A stretch of DNA of 64,000 bases from Steroidobacteraceae bacterium (GTDB lineage Bacteria > Pseudomonadota > Gammaproteobacteria > Steroidobacterales > Steroidobacteraceae), in the NCBI GenBank assembly GCA_035631755.1, contig DASQIC010000053.1, positions 3,888-67,887 of the forward strand, read 5' to 3'. The notes beneath the pieces were generated by a model, which was not told the DNA's origin, did not search any database, and worked only from the letters and a program-made list of their open reading frames with translations. The position numbers and the translations under genes are program-made. How positions within the stretch are numbered: the stretch's first letter is position 1; every line of letters starts with the position of its first letter. Below, piece by piece: positions 1 to 9,451 of the stretch.

Positions 1-21
1 GAGTCGTTCCTCATGAGCCCT

Positions 22-630
22 TCAGCAGGCCACATCGAGTCCACGGAGCGCGCGCACCGTGCTCTCGTAGCCCTCGTGGACGATGCCATGCCAGCCGCGG
101 CCGCGCGCGGTGGCGATGTTGTCGGCGCGGTCGTCGATGAACACGGTCGCCGCCGGCTCGAGGGCGAAGCGCCGCTCGGCCTCGGCGTAGATGCCCGCGT
201 GCGGCTTCATGACGCCGGCCAGATAGGACGGCAGGGCGCCGTGCCCGATGCGGTGGAAGCGGTACTCGCGCGACAGGTGCGCCCAGTGCAGATCGCCGAT
301 ATTCGACAGCAGGTAGACCCGGCGCGCTTCGCTCAGGCGGTGGGCGAGCTCGACCATCTGCGGCTCGAGCTCGAACATGTCGATCCAGTACGCGTACAGC
401 TCCTCGACGGAGACCGGCTTCGGGGCGAGGGCGGCGAGGCGCTCGAGCAGCCCGCCGCCGTGCAACCGCCCGGACTCGTGATCCTCGAGCGCGGCGCGCG
501 CCAGCACCGAGTGCAGGTCGTCCGCCTCGACCCCGCGCGATCTCAGCAGCTCGAGCAGCGGCCGGTACTTGAGGCGCACGAACACCCAGCCGATGTCGAA
601 GACTACGTTGCGGATCGGGGAGGCAATCAT
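22..630 (-). CDS. HAD-superfamily hydrolase (subfamily IA-type phosphatase)
   Basis: ORF 22..795 trimmed to the ATG at 630 (MIASPIRNVVFDIGWVF...). HAD-like motifs are FDIGWV at the N-terminus, LLSN and FIDDRADN. The 55 codons upstream are Arg/Gly/Pro-rich and run into the intergenic inverted repeat. Confidence 0.8.
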   Translation of the reverse strand: MIASPIRNVVFDIGWVFVRLKYRPLLELLRSRGVEADDLHSVLARAALEDHESGRLHGGGLLERLAALAPKPVSVEELYAYWIDMFELEPQMVELAHRLSEARRVYLLSNIGDLHWAHLSREYRFHRIGHGALPSYLAGVMKPHAGIYAEAERRFALEPAATVFIDDRADNIATARGRGWHGIVHEGYESTVRALRGLDVAC

Positions 631-651
631 GAACAACTCGCTTCGGTGCCG

Positions 652-840
652 GGAGCCTCGCTTGAAATTTTCTTTCCCGGGCCGCCGTGAACCCATTGCG
701 CTGCGCAGTCCCTGCTGCGCGCAAGCCCAGGGCGGCCATCCCTGGCCGCCCGCTCGCCGCGTGCGGCTCGCCCCTGGGGGCTGCGGGAAAAACATCCCTG
801 TTTTTCACGCCCCGGGAAAGAAAATTTCAACCGAGCCTCC
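652..840 (-). ncRNA. Structured intergenic element: 33-bp imperfect inverted repeat closing three hairpins with CAGGGA-type loops (candidate CsrA/RsmA-binding RNA; strand and transcription unproven)
   Basis: 662-681 TTGAAATTTTCTTTCCCGGG is the exact reverse complement of 811-830. The arms extend to 652-684 and 808-840 with 3 mismatches. Internal perfect hairpins lie at 703-720, 730-751 and 787-806, with minus-strand loops CAGGGA, AGGGAU and GGGA (ACAGGGAUGU in context). The structure itself is certain; the functional call is inference. Confidence 0.3.
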
Positions 841-876
841 CCCTCGACATTCGCGATGTTCACGAGCGCTCCCTGC

Positions 877-2058
877 TCAGAGGGCCAGCGGGTCGACGCC
901 GCCGCCGTCGCCGGGGCGGGTGTTGACCGCCACCACCGTGGCGCGCGGGAAGAAGTTGAACTCGGTGGCGCTGGCGCGCGTGTAGGCGCCCATCGCGCGC
1001 CCGATGATCAGGTCGCCGGCCTTGAGCGGCGGCAGCATGAGGTTCTCGGCGATGACGTCGATGCTGTCGCAGGTCGGGCCGGCGAGCACCGAGGGCAGCC
1101 GCTCGGCGCCATCGCGCAGCGGCTCGACCGGATAGCGCGCGTGATCGTAGAGCTGGCCGCTGTAGGAGCCGTAGAGCCCGTCGTCGAGGTAATACCACCA
1201 GTGGCCCTCGCGCTGGGCGCGCCCCATCACCGAGGCGACGCCGATCGCGGCGGGCCCGACGATGTAGCGTCCCGGCTCGGCGATCACCCGCACCCGTTTC
1301 GGCAGCGCCGCGAGCGCTGCACGCAGCGGCGCGCAGAAACGCCCGATGTCCTGCACGGGCTGCGCGTAGTCGATCGGAAAGCCGCCACCGATGTCGAGCG
1401 TGTCGAAGACGCCGAGCCTCTCGCGGCGCGCCGCCGCCATGAGCCTGGTGCAGGCCGCGAGCGCCTCGACCTGCTTGGTCGCGTCGGTGGTCTGCGAGCC
1501 GACATGGAACGACAAGCCGCGCACGCCGACGCCGAGGCCGGCCGCGATCCGCGCCAGCTCGAGCACCGCCTCCGGGTCGCAGCCGAACTTGCGCGACAGG
1601 TCGACCACCGCGCCGGGCGAGCGGAACGAGACGCGCAGCAGCAGCTGCGCCGCCTCGCGGTGGCGGGCGAACTTGCGCACCTCGTCGGGGTTGTCGGCGA
1701 CGAAGGTGCGCACGCCGAACTCGAGAGCATTGGCGATGTCCGCGGGACGCTTGATGGGATGGGTATGGATGCAGCGCTCGGGCGGCACGCCGAGCCGCGC
1801 GACCAGCTGCACTTCGCCGCTGGTCGCCAGGTCGAGGTAACCGCCCTCCTCGATCACCGTGCGCACCACCGCCGGGTGCGGCAGGGGCTTGAGTGCGTAA
1901 TGCAGGTCGACGTGCGGCAGCGCCTTGCGGAGCTTGCGGAACTGCACCCGCACGCGCTCGCAGTCGAGGATCAGAAGCGGCGAGCCGAACTCCCGCACCA
2001 GGCGGCGGATTTCTGCGGGCTGGAACGGGTCGATGAATCGCGGGCGGGGCACCGGCAA
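877..2058 (-). CDS. PLP-dependent ornithine/lysine/arginine decarboxylase (alanine-racemase-fold, eukaryotic-ODC type)
   Basis: 393-aa ORF with motifs HYALKPLP (PLP lysine), GLSFHVGSQ, LDIGGGFP, AEPGRY and GPTCDSID. The start codon at 2058 is TTG with no clear SD, so the start is uncertain (GTG two codons later is possible). Confidence 0.85.
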   Translation of the reverse strand: MPVPRPRFIDPFQPAEIRRLVREFGSPLLILDCERVRVQFRKLRKALPHVDLHYALKPLPHPAVVRTVIEEGGYLDLATSGEVQLVARLGVPPERCIHTHPIKRPADIANALEFGVRTFVADNPDEVRKFARHREAAQLLLRVSFRSPGAVVDLSRKFGCDPEAVLELARIAAGLGVGVRGLSFHVGSQTTDATKQVEALAACTRLMAAARRERLGVFDTLDIGGGFPIDYAQPVQDIGRFCAPLRAALAALPKRVRVIAEPGRYIVGPAAIGVASVMGRAQREGHWWYYLDDGLYGSYSGQLYDHARYPVEPLRDGAERLPSVLAGPTCDSIDVIAENLMLPPLKAGDLIIGRAMGAYTRASATEFNFFPRATVVAVNTRPGDGGGVDPLAL

Positions 2059-2086
2059 AGCTTACGGCAGTCTACCTACGGCTGTC

Positions 2087-3106
2087 TTACGGCAGCACCG
2101 CCATCGTGCCGCTGCCCTCGTCGCTCTGGGCGACGCTGCTCGCGGCACGCCGCAGACGGTCGCGGATCGCGTCCCAGCGCTCGCCCTCGGGGACATCCTG
2201 CACGAGGATCCGTTGGCAGCCGGCCCGGTCGAGCGTGCGCAGATTGTTATAGAGGTCGCGAGCGTAGCTCTCCGGCCGGCGCCCCGCGTTGATCCAGGTG
2301 ACGTACTTGTGCGAGCGCAGCGGCAGACGCTGTGCCAGCACGGCGATGCGCTTGCCGCCGCGCGAGGCCGCATCCGCCTGTGCGTCGATCTCACCCGCCG
2401 GCACGATCGTCATGGGCGTCGATGGCGCGTAATGGGCGGGCGTGCTCCCCGGGACGCGCGGCGACTCCTGCGCCGCGCCGATCGCGAGGTCACCCACCAC
2501 GGCGCGGATCTGTCCGGCCGTGACGCTGCCGGGGCGCAGCAGGCGCACGATCGGGCCCTCGAAGGCTACTATGGTCGACTCGAGCCCGAGCTGGCATTCG
2601 CCGCCGTCGAGCACCAGGCGCACCGAGTCGCCGAGCTCCTCGCGCACGTGCTCGGCGCGCGTCGGCGAGAGGCGGCCGTAGCGGTTGGCGGACGGGGCGG
2701 CGATGCCACCGCCGAACGCCGTGAGCAGCTGCTGCGCCATGGGATGTGCCGGCACGCGGATCGCGATCGTGTCCTGCCCACCGGTGACCACGTCGTGTAC
2801 GTGCGCGGCGCGCGGCATGACCATGGTGAGCGGTCCCGGCCAGAAGGCCTCGGCGAGCTTGATCGCGCCCTCCGGCACCTCGCGCACCCAGCGGTGCAGA
2901 TAGCGCGGGCTGTCGAGGTGCACGATCACCGGATGGCTGGCGGGGCGCCCCTTGGCCTCGAAGATCCGGCGCACCGCGGCCGGGTTCTGCGCGTTGGCGC
3001 CGAGTCCGTAGACGGTTTCCGTCGGAAAAGCCACCAGCTCGCCGTTGCGCAGCGCCTGCACGGCGGTCTCGATCTCAACCTGAGTGGCTCTGACGACGCG
3101 GACCAT
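2087..3106 (-). CDS. tsaC: L-threonylcarbamoyladenylate synthase, long Sua5/YwlC type
   Basis: 339 aa with an ATG start. It has the YrdC-domain motifs FPTETVYGLGA and KGRPASHPVIVH, plus a C-terminal Sua5-type extension. Confidence 0.85.
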   Translation of the reverse strand: MVRVVRATQVEIETAVQALRNGELVAFPTETVYGLGANAQNPAAVRRIFEAKGRPASHPVIVHLDSPRYLHRWVREVPEGAIKLAEAFWPGPLTMVMPRAAHVHDVVTGGQDTIAIRVPAHPMAQQLLTAFGGGIAAPSANRYGRLSPTRAEHVREELGDSVRLVLDGGECQLGLESTIVAFEGPIVRLLRPGSVTAGQIRAVVGDLAIGAAQESPRVPGSTPAHYAPSTPMTIVPAGEIDAQADAASRGGKRIAVLAQRLPLRSHKYVTWINAGRRPESYARDLYNNLRTLDRAGCQRILVQDVPEGERWDAIRDRLRRAASSVAQSDEGSGTMAVLP

Positions 3107-3148
3107 AGGGATGGGAGCGATTCTAGCAAGCCGCGGGCGCTACAACCG

Positions 3149-3180
3149 GTTGTCGCAGCAAAGCATCAGCCTGCGACAAC
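3149..3180 (-). terminator. Hairpin downstream of the protease gene (possible terminator, no U-tract)
   Basis: GGTTGTCGCAG (3148-3158) pairs with CTGCGACAAC (3171-3180), giving a 10-bp perfect stem and 12-nt loop. It lies between the protease stop (3203) and the tsaC start (3106). Confidence 0.3.
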
Positions 3181-3202
3181 ATGCTGCTGCCTCCCGGGAA
3201 AA

Positions 3203-6200
3203 TTACTCCAATGCGGTGCGTACCCAGCCGTTCGGCGAGTGCCTGAGCTCGTACGCGGGCCAGTAGTGCTTGTCGAGCTTGAGTGTGATCACCTCGGGCG
3301 CGTTGTTCCAGGTGATGGTCTTCAGGCGCACCGATGAGCGGTCGGGCCGGCCGGTGACGGCCCTGAGAAAAGTGTCGAGATCCGGTGTCGGCGCGCCGTC
3401 GACTTCGACAATGCGCCGCCCGGGGAAGAGTCCGTAGCGCGTGGCCGGCGATCCATAAGCGAAGTACGCGACATACACGCCGCGGGGCGGGATGGCGCGC
3501 TGTGCGGTCATCGAGCGGTGCGGCGACTGCAGCGTCGCTCCTGCCCACTCGACCATGCGCTCGAGGTCGCTACCGGGGAGCTCCGCGGTCGGCACCTCGA
3601 GGGTCTGCTCGCCCTGGCCGCGCCACACCGTGACGTGCACCAGATCCTTGTCGGCCGCGGCCCGCTCGACCTCGCGGAATCGCGTCACGACCTGACCGTC
3701 GATCGCGAGCAGCAGGTCGCCCTGCTGCAGGAGGCGCGAGGCCGGCGAGCCGCCGACGAGCCGCACCACCGAGAGCACCTGGCGGCGCGTCGGGGTGTGC
3801 TGCGCCAGGCGCTGCGTCCAGCCCTCCGACAGGCCGATCTCGCGCGCGCTCGCGAGCGGCAGCGGGTTGAGCTCGGCCTCGAGCGAGTGCAGCGCGCGCC
3901 CCGTGCGCACCCGGTCGAGCATGTCGGCCGCGAGATCGATCGGGACGCCGCGGTTTTCCTGGGCGAGCTCGCGGCCGTTCTCGTAGGCGAAGCTCGACCA
4001 GGTGCCGAGCACGTTGCCCGCCTTGTCGGACAGCACGCCGTCGAAGTCGGCCGGCGGATTCACCAGCTGCACGGTCTCGAGGTTGCTGTCGCGGAAGCGC
4101 ATGGTGCGCGACAGCGGCAGCTCGAGCGGCTCGATGCTGGCGATCTCGGTGGAGCGCGAGCGCATCTGGCTGTCGGCGCCGAGACCCACGACCCACACCG
4201 GCTCGCCGGCGTTGAGCTCACGGGAGCTGAGCTTCGCGCTCCTGACGGGCGTCGAGCCGATCAGCTTCGGGTCGTAGGCGACCACCGCGTAGTTGTGGAG
4301 CGGATGCACGTACACGACGCGGCCGGGCACCTGCACCGTGCCCGCGAAGGAGATCGCGACGTCGCCGAGCGGCACCGGGACGGTGTTGCGGTCCACGACG
4401 ACCAGCCCGCGGGCGGCGTCCACCACGAGGCCCGTGCCGTGATAGTTGCGCTCGGTGATTCCCGACACCGAGTACGGCATGTCGAAGGCCACCATGACGA
4501 GCGAGGGAGCGAGCGCGTTCTGGCGCGGATCGCTGAACTTCGGATAGACAGTGGAGCTCACCTCCGGGGGCTTCGGCGCCGGTCCCGGCGCGAGATCCTT
4601 GCAGTCCCAGAGGCCGCGCGCGTCGTCGCGGTCGCAATGGTGCGCGGGGAACCACAGGCGGTCGATGCGGATCGGACGCAGCTGGCTGCCGTTCGGATCG
4701 TCGATGGTGCTGTAGCGCACCGTGGCGTAGTCGCCGCTGCCGAGCTGGGCGAGGCCGGCCTCGAAGTCGGCGAGGCCGTCGGTGGCGTGGCCGTTGAGCG
4801 CCGTAATCAGCGCGCCGCGCGGGATCGCCGCGGCGCCGAACACGTAGCCCGGGTTGGCGACGTATACGCCGCGGGTCGGCACGTTGTAGGCGCGCGCCAT
4901 CTGGTACGACATGCGGTTGACGACCGCATCCCCGAACTCGGCATAGGCGCCCGGCGTGATCGCATTCAAGTCGCCGACCGGAAGCTGCGCCGACACCGGC
5001 TTGCCACCACGCTCGAGCTCGACTTGCACCTGTTGCCCGACCGAGCTGTCGAGAACTTCCTCGAGCGGCTCGAACTGCGTCAGGTAGTGGCCGTTCAGGC
5101 GCACCAGGATGTCGCCGGGCTGCAGCACGTTCTCGCTCGGCGAGCCGGGCAGCACCTCGGTCACCACCAGCATGCCGGTGAAGCGCGGGAAGCTCTTGCG
5201 CACGTCGGCCTCGGTGCGCGCATCGAGCCCCAGGCGGTCGAGCTCGTCGTAGGGCATGTAGTTGAAGACCGAGTAGAGGGTGCCGCGCGGCACGGGCTTC
5301 CCCTCCTGGATCAGGTTGAGCGCGCGCCGCACGCGCCCGAGCGGCAGATAGAAGCTGGACGCCGCACCGGTTGCGCCGCCCGCGTTGAGCCCGACCACCC
5401 GCCCGCGGATGTCGATCACCGGGGAGCCGGACGAGCCACCTGAGGTGCCGGAGGCCGCCTGCAGGTAGAAGGTGTTGAAGTCGTTGTACTTCGCGACGCC
5501 GTACTCGGGCGCGTCGCGGTCGAGCCGGGCGAGCGTGCCGGCGAGGATCGAGAGCTGCTCGCCGGCATTGTTGCCGACTACGCGGATCTCGCGCCCGATC
5601 TGCGCACCCTCCGGATAAAGCGGCAGGGCTTTCGGCTTGATGAAGCGCAGCTTCTTCGGGTCGTAACGGTAGAAGCCGAAGTCGTGGACCGGGTCGCGGT
5701 ACACCGGGAAGAGCTGCACTTCCTCGCGGTTGAGAAACGTCGCTTCCGAAGTCACCGGCCCTGGCGTCACCACGTGGCGGTTGGTGAGGATCAGGCCGCG
5801 CTCGGCATCGACCACGAAGCCGGTCGCCTGGGCGGTAGTGTTCCACTCGGTATCGAACGCCCGCACCATGTCGACGTCGATCGAGACCACGCTCCCTGCG
5901 ATGCGCTCGAGGGTGACGGCCCAGTCGGGATTGGCTTCGACCGCGGCGGCCTGCTGCGCGATCTGCGGAGCCGCGGCTCCGGGCCCGCCCGGTGTCGGCG
6001 TCGGCACAGGCGGGGATTGCGGCTCGACGCCCGGATTGCCGGGCGACAGCGGCTGTGGCGAGGGCACCGGCGAGGGCTGCGGCGCCGGCGGCGGGACCGG
6101 AGCGGGAGCGGGCGCGGCCTGCGGGGCCGCATGCGGCGGATCGGCTGCCGCACCGATCGCGGCGCAGGCGGCGATGACGGCGAGCAGCGCGAGTCGCACG

Positions 6201-6208
6201 AATCGCAT
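3203..6208 (-). CDS. Exported tandem-HtrA serine protease, Nma111/DEG7-like (active trypsin-fold half with PDZs, plus a degenerate second half with PDZs)
   Basis: ORF 3203..6742 trimmed to the ATG at 6208 (MRFVRLALLAVIAACAAIGA, a signal or lipobox-like N-terminus). A Pro-rich linker follows. The catalytic triad contexts are TNRHVV, DPVHDFGF and GTSGGSSGSPV. The second half reads VVVDRNTVP, without the His context. The C-terminus is ...TPDLDTFL...KLDKHYWPAYEL. Confidence 0.8.
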   Translation of the reverse strand: MRFVRLALLAVIAACAAIGAAADPPHAAPQAAPAPAPVPPPAPQPSPVPSPQPLSPGNPGVEPQSPPVPTPTPGGPGAAAPQIAQQAAAVEANPDWAVTLERIAGSVVSIDVDMVRAFDTEWNTTAQATGFVVDAERGLILTNRHVVTPGPVTSEATFLNREEVQLFPVYRDPVHDFGFYRYDPKKLRFIKPKALPLYPEGAQIGREIRVVGNNAGEQLSILAGTLARLDRDAPEYGVAKYNDFNTFYLQAASGTSGGSSGSPVIDIRGRVVGLNAGGATGAASSFYLPLGRVRRALNLIQEGKPVPRGTLYSVFNYMPYDELDRLGLDARTEADVRKSFPRFTGMLVVTEVLPGSPSENVLQPGDILVRLNGHYLTQFEPLEEVLDSSVGQQVQVELERGGKPVSAQLPVGDLNAITPGAYAEFGDAVVNRMSYQMARAYNVPTRGVYVANPGYVFGAAAIPRGALITALNGHATDGLADFEAGLAQLGSGDYATVRYSTIDDPNGSQLRPIRIDRLWFPAHHCDRDDARGLWDCKDLAPGPAPKPPEVSSTVYPKFSDPRQNALAPSLVMVAFDMPYSVSGITERNYHGTGLVVDAARGLVVVDRNTVPVPLGDVAISFAGTVQVPGRVVYVHPLHNYAVVAYDPKLIGSTPVRSAKLSSRELNAGEPVWVVGLGADSQMRSRSTEIASIEPLELPLSRTMRFRDSNLETVQLVNPPADFDGVLSDKAGNVLGTWSSFAYENGRELAQENRGVPIDLAADMLDRVRTGRALHSLEAELNPLPLASAREIGLSEGWTQRLAQHTPTRRQVLSVVRLVGGSPASRLLQQGDLLLAIDGQVVTRFREVERAAADKDLVHVTVWRGQGEQTLEVPTAELPGSDLERMVEWAGATLQSPHRSMTAQRAIPPRGVYVAYFAYGSPATRYGLFPGRRIVEVDGAPTPDLDTFLRAVTGRPDRSSVRLKTITWNNAPEVITLKLDKHYWPAYELRHSPNGWVRTALE

Positions 6209-6222
6209 CGGGAGCGGCTTCG

Positions 6223-6609
6223 CTAGCGTCCGAGCAGAACGAGCAGCCACACCGCGGTGAGGAGCACGAAGGACATGAGCACCGCGGCGGAGCCGATGTC
6301 CTTGGCGAGACCCGCGAGGGCGTGGCGCTCGAAGCCGATCCGGTCGACGGTCGCCTCGATGGCGCTGTTGACGAGCTCTACGACCAGGGTGAGCAGCACC
6401 GGCGCGACGAGCAGCGCACGCTCGACGCCGCTCCTCCCGAGCCACAGGCCGAGCGGGATGACGACGGCGGCAAAGGCGAGCTCCTGGCGGAATGCCGCCT
6501 CGTCGCGGAAGGCGCCCGCGAGCCCGCGCAGGCTCGCGCCGAGCGCGCGCAGCACACGGGTGAGGCCGCGGGGCTTGTACCGGTCTAGTGCTGCGTCGTT
6601 GGCGTCCAT
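6223..6609 (-). CDS. dgkA: Diacylglycerol kinase
   Basis: ORF trimmed to the ATG at 6609 ([20 protein letters not shown]...). Motifs are EAAFRQE and [16 protein letters not shown]. The product is 128 aa. Its first codons overlap the gcvPB 3' end by 25 nt. Confidence 0.85.
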   Translation of the reverse strand: MDANDAALDRYKPRGLTRVLRALGASLRGLAGAFRDEAAFRQELAFAAVVIPLGLWLGRSGVERALLVAPVLLTLVVELVNSAIEATVDRIGFERHALAGLAKDIGSAAVLMSFVLLTAVWLLVLLGR

Positions 6610-8063
6610 GTGAGGTCCAGGTGGCGCGCGGCGCGCACATCGTCGAGGCGCCGCACCGGCATGGTATGCGGTGCGCTGCGCACGCGCTCGGGTTCCTGCT
6701 GCGCCTCCTTCTGAATCTGTGCCATGGCCGCCACAAAGGCATCCAGGACGTCCTTGGTCTCGGTCTCGGTCGGCTCGATGAGCAGGCACTCGGGCACGAT
6801 CAGCGGGAAGTAAGTGGTCGGCGCGTGGAAGCCGAGGTCGAGCAGCCGCTTGGCGAAGTCCATCGCGGTCACGCCGAGCTCGCGCGCCTGGCGCTTGAGC
6901 GTAAGGATGAACTCGTGGCTGGCGCGGCGGTCCGGGTAGGCGGCCTCGAAGCCCGCAGCCTGCAGGCGCTTCAAGAGGTAGTTGGCGTTGAGCGTGGCGT
7001 ACTCGCCCACGGCGCGCATCCCGTCACGCCCGAGGAGTCGCATGTAGATGTAGGCGCGCAGCAGCACACCGGCGTTGCCCATGAAGGCCGACAGCCGCCC
7101 GATCGACTGCGGCAGGTCGCTCTCGGCGAGCCAGCGGTAGCGCTCCCCTTCCCTGCCGACGATCGGAATCGGCAGGAACGGCACGAGGCGCGCCGCGACC
7201 CCCACCGCGCCCGCGCCCGGTCCGCCGCCGCCGTGGGGTGTGGAGAAGGTCTTGTGCAGATTCATGTGCATGCAATCGAAGCCCATGTCCCCGGGGCGCA
7301 CCTTTCCCAGGATCGCATTGAGATTCGCGCCGTCGTAGTAGAGGAGTCCGCCGGCCTCGTGCACCACGCGCGCCACCTCCTCGATGCCGCGATCGAACAC
7401 CCCGAGCGTCGAGGGGTTGGTGAGCATGATGCCCGCAGTGTTGGGACCGACCGCGGCCTTCAAGGCCTCCAGATCGACGTCCCCGGAGGCGTCGACGGGG
7501 ACCTCGCGCACCACGCAGCCGCACATGGTCGCGGTCGCGGGGTTGGTGCCGTGGGCGGCCTCGGGGACGATGATCTCGTTGCGCTTCAGGTCCCCGCGCG
7601 CGCGGTGATAGGCGCGGATCATGGCGACACCGGCGAACTCCCCGTGGGCACCCGCCATGGGCGAGAGCGCCACGCCCTGCATGCCGGTGACTTCCTTCAG
7701 CATCTCCTGCAGCTCGTACATGCAGGCGAGGAACCCCTGGCCGTGCGACTCGGGCGCGAGCGGGTGGCGAGCGAGGAACTGCGGCAGCATCGCGTACTGG
7801 TTGCAGGCCCTGGGGTTGTACTTCATCGTGCACGAGCCCAGGGGATAGAAGTGCGTGTCGATGGAGAAGTTGAGCTGCGACAGGCGGGTGAAGTGCCGCA
7901 CCGCCTCGAGCTCGCCGACCTCCGGGAGCGCCGGCGCCTTGCCCCGCCGCAGCTTCGCCGGGAGGTCGGCGAGCGGCGCGGCACCGACGTCCTGGGGCCA
8001 CTGATCGCTCGCGCCGCGTCCCGCGCGCGAGTACTCGAAAATCACTTTTTCACGGGTAGGCAT
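6585..8063 (-). CDS. gcvPB: Glycine dehydrogenase (decarboxylating) subunit 2
   Basis: ORF trimmed to the ATG at 8063 ([12 protein letters not shown]...). Motifs are GSCTMKYNP and [16 protein letters not shown] (PLP lysine region). It follows gcvPA. Confidence 0.9.
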   Translation of the reverse strand: MPTREKVIFEYSRAGRGASDQWPQDVGAAPLADLPAKLRRGKAPALPEVGELEAVRHFTRLSQLNFSIDTHFYPLGSCTMKYNPRACNQYAMLPQFLARHPLAPESHGQGFLACMYELQEMLKEVTGMQGVALSPMAGAHGEFAGVAMIRAYHRARGDLKRNEIIVPEAAHGTNPATATMCGCVVREVPVDASGDVDLEALKAAVGPNTAGIMLTNPSTLGVFDRGIEEVARVVHEAGGLLYYDGANLNAILGKVRPGDMGFDCMHMNLHKTFSTPHGGGGPGAGAVGVAARLVPFLPIPIVGREGERYRWLAESDLPQSIGRLSAFMGNAGVLLRAYIYMRLLGRDGMRAVGEYATLNANYLLKRLQAAGFEAAYPDRRASHEFILTLKRQARELGVTAMDFAKRLLDLGFHAPTTYFPLIVPECLLIEPTETETKDVLDAFVAAMAQIQKEAQQEPERVRSAPHTMPVRRLDDVRAARHLDLTWTPTTQH

Positions 8064-8077
8064 CTCAGGAATCCTTC

Positions 8078-9451
8078 TCAGGCGGCACGCACTGCCTGCA
8101 TCGCCTCGTTGAGCGCGGCGCGGTAGCGCTCGATGTCGGCCGCGGTCCTGGTCTCGGTCGCGCACACGAGCAGCGCCGGACCGAGCTCCGGGTAATAAGG
8201 CGCGAGGTCGAGTCCGCCGAGAATGCCGCGGGCGGCGAGCGCCTTGAGGACCGGCGCCACGGGGCGGTCGAGCAGCAGCACCGCCTCGTGGAAGCAGGGT
8301 CCGCTGAAGGCGAGGCGCACACCGGGCGTGCGCGTGAGCGCACCGAGGAGCTCGCGGCTGCGGGCATGGGAGGCGGCCGCGGTGCGCTCAAGTCCCTGCG
8401 GGCCCATGAGCGACAGATAGATCGTCGCCGCGGTCACAGCCAGGCCCTGGTTGGTGCAGATGTTCGAGGTCGCCTTGGCGCGGCGGATGTGCTGCTCGCG
8501 CGCCTGCAGCGTCAGCGTGAATCCCTCGCGTCCCTCGGTATCGAGCGTGCGGCCGACGATGCGGCCGGGCATCTGCCGCACGTACTCCATCCGGGTCGTC
8601 ATGAAGCCGAAGTACGGGCCGCCCGATGACAGCGGCACGCCGAGCGGCTGGCCTTCGCCGACGGCGATGTCGGCGCCCCTGGCTCCCCACTCGCCCGGCG
8701 GTTTGAGGAGCGCCAGCGAGGTCGGGTTGACCACGGCGATGACGAGAATGTTGCGCTCGTGCGCCCAGTCGGTGAGCGCATCGACGTCCTCGAGGCGGCC
8801 GAAGAAGTTCGGCTGCTGGATGACGAGCGCGGTCAGGTCCTCGCCTGCGTACCTGCCGAGCGAGGCCGGGAGCGTCACACCCTCGACGGTGCAATAGGGC
8901 AGCTCCTCGAAGCGCAGCCCCTGGTTGCTCGCCATCGCCACCGCCACCCGCCGGTAGTGGGGATGGAGCGTCGTCGGCACGAGGATGCGCGCCGACTTCG
9001 ACTTGCGGTTGGCGCGCACCGCCATGAGCGCGGCTTCCGCGGTCGCCGAGGCGCCGTCGTACATCGAGGCGTTGGCGACATCCATGCCGGTGAGGCGCGC
9101 GATCATGGTCTGGAACTCGTAGATCAACTGCAGCGTGCCCTGGCTGGCTTCCGCCTGATAGGGTGTGTAGGCGCTGTAGAACTCGCCGCGCGTGGTGATG
9201 GCCCACACGGCCGCGGGGATGTGGTGCTCATAGGCGCCGGCGCCGAGGAAGCTCAAGGGAGTGCCATCCTGGGCCGCGCGCTCGCTCATCAACCGCCCGA
9301 TCTCCATCTCGTTGAGCGCCGCGGGCACTCCGGCGAGCGAGCTCGCCCGAAGCGCTGGCGGGATCTCCGCGAACAGATCCTCGATGCCGCGCGCGCCGAT
9401 GGCCTGGAGCATCGCCGCGACGTCGGCCTCGGTGTGGGGAATGAAGGCCAT
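8078..9451 (-). CDS. gcvPA: Glycine dehydrogenase (decarboxylating) subunit 1
   Basis: ORF trimmed to the ATG at 9451 ([15 protein letters not shown]...). The motif [14 protein letters not shown] is present. Its start overlaps the gcvH stop (TGATG). Confidence 0.9.
   Translation of the reverse strand: MAFIPHTEADVAAMLQAIGARGIEDLFAEIPPALRASSLAGVPAALNEMEIGRLMSERAAQDGTPLSFLGAGAYEHHIPAAVWAITTRGEFYSAYTPYQAEASQGTLQLIYEFQTMIARLTGMDVANASMYDGASATAEAALMAVRANRKSKSARILVPTTLHPHYRRVAVAMASNQGLRFEELPYCTVEGVTLPASLGRYAGEDLTALVIQQPNFFGRLEDVDALTDWAHERNILVIAVVNPTSLALLKPPGEWGARGADIAVGEGQPLGVPLSSGGPYFGFMTTRMEYVRQMPGRIVGRTLDTEGREGFTLTLQAREQHIRRAKATSNICTNQGLAVTAATIYLSLMGPQGLERTAAASHARSRELLGALTRTPGVRLAFSGPCFHEAVLLLDRPVAPVLKALAARGILGGLDLAPYYPELGPALLVCATETRTAADIERYRAALNEAMQAVRAA

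Noticed and set aside
6209-6742. N-terminal 178 codons of ORF 3203..6742, which would give an 1179-aa protease
   Set aside because: The extension is Arg/Pro/Ala-rich and overlaps dgkA on the same strand in another frame. A proper signal peptide begins at the internal ATG at 6208.
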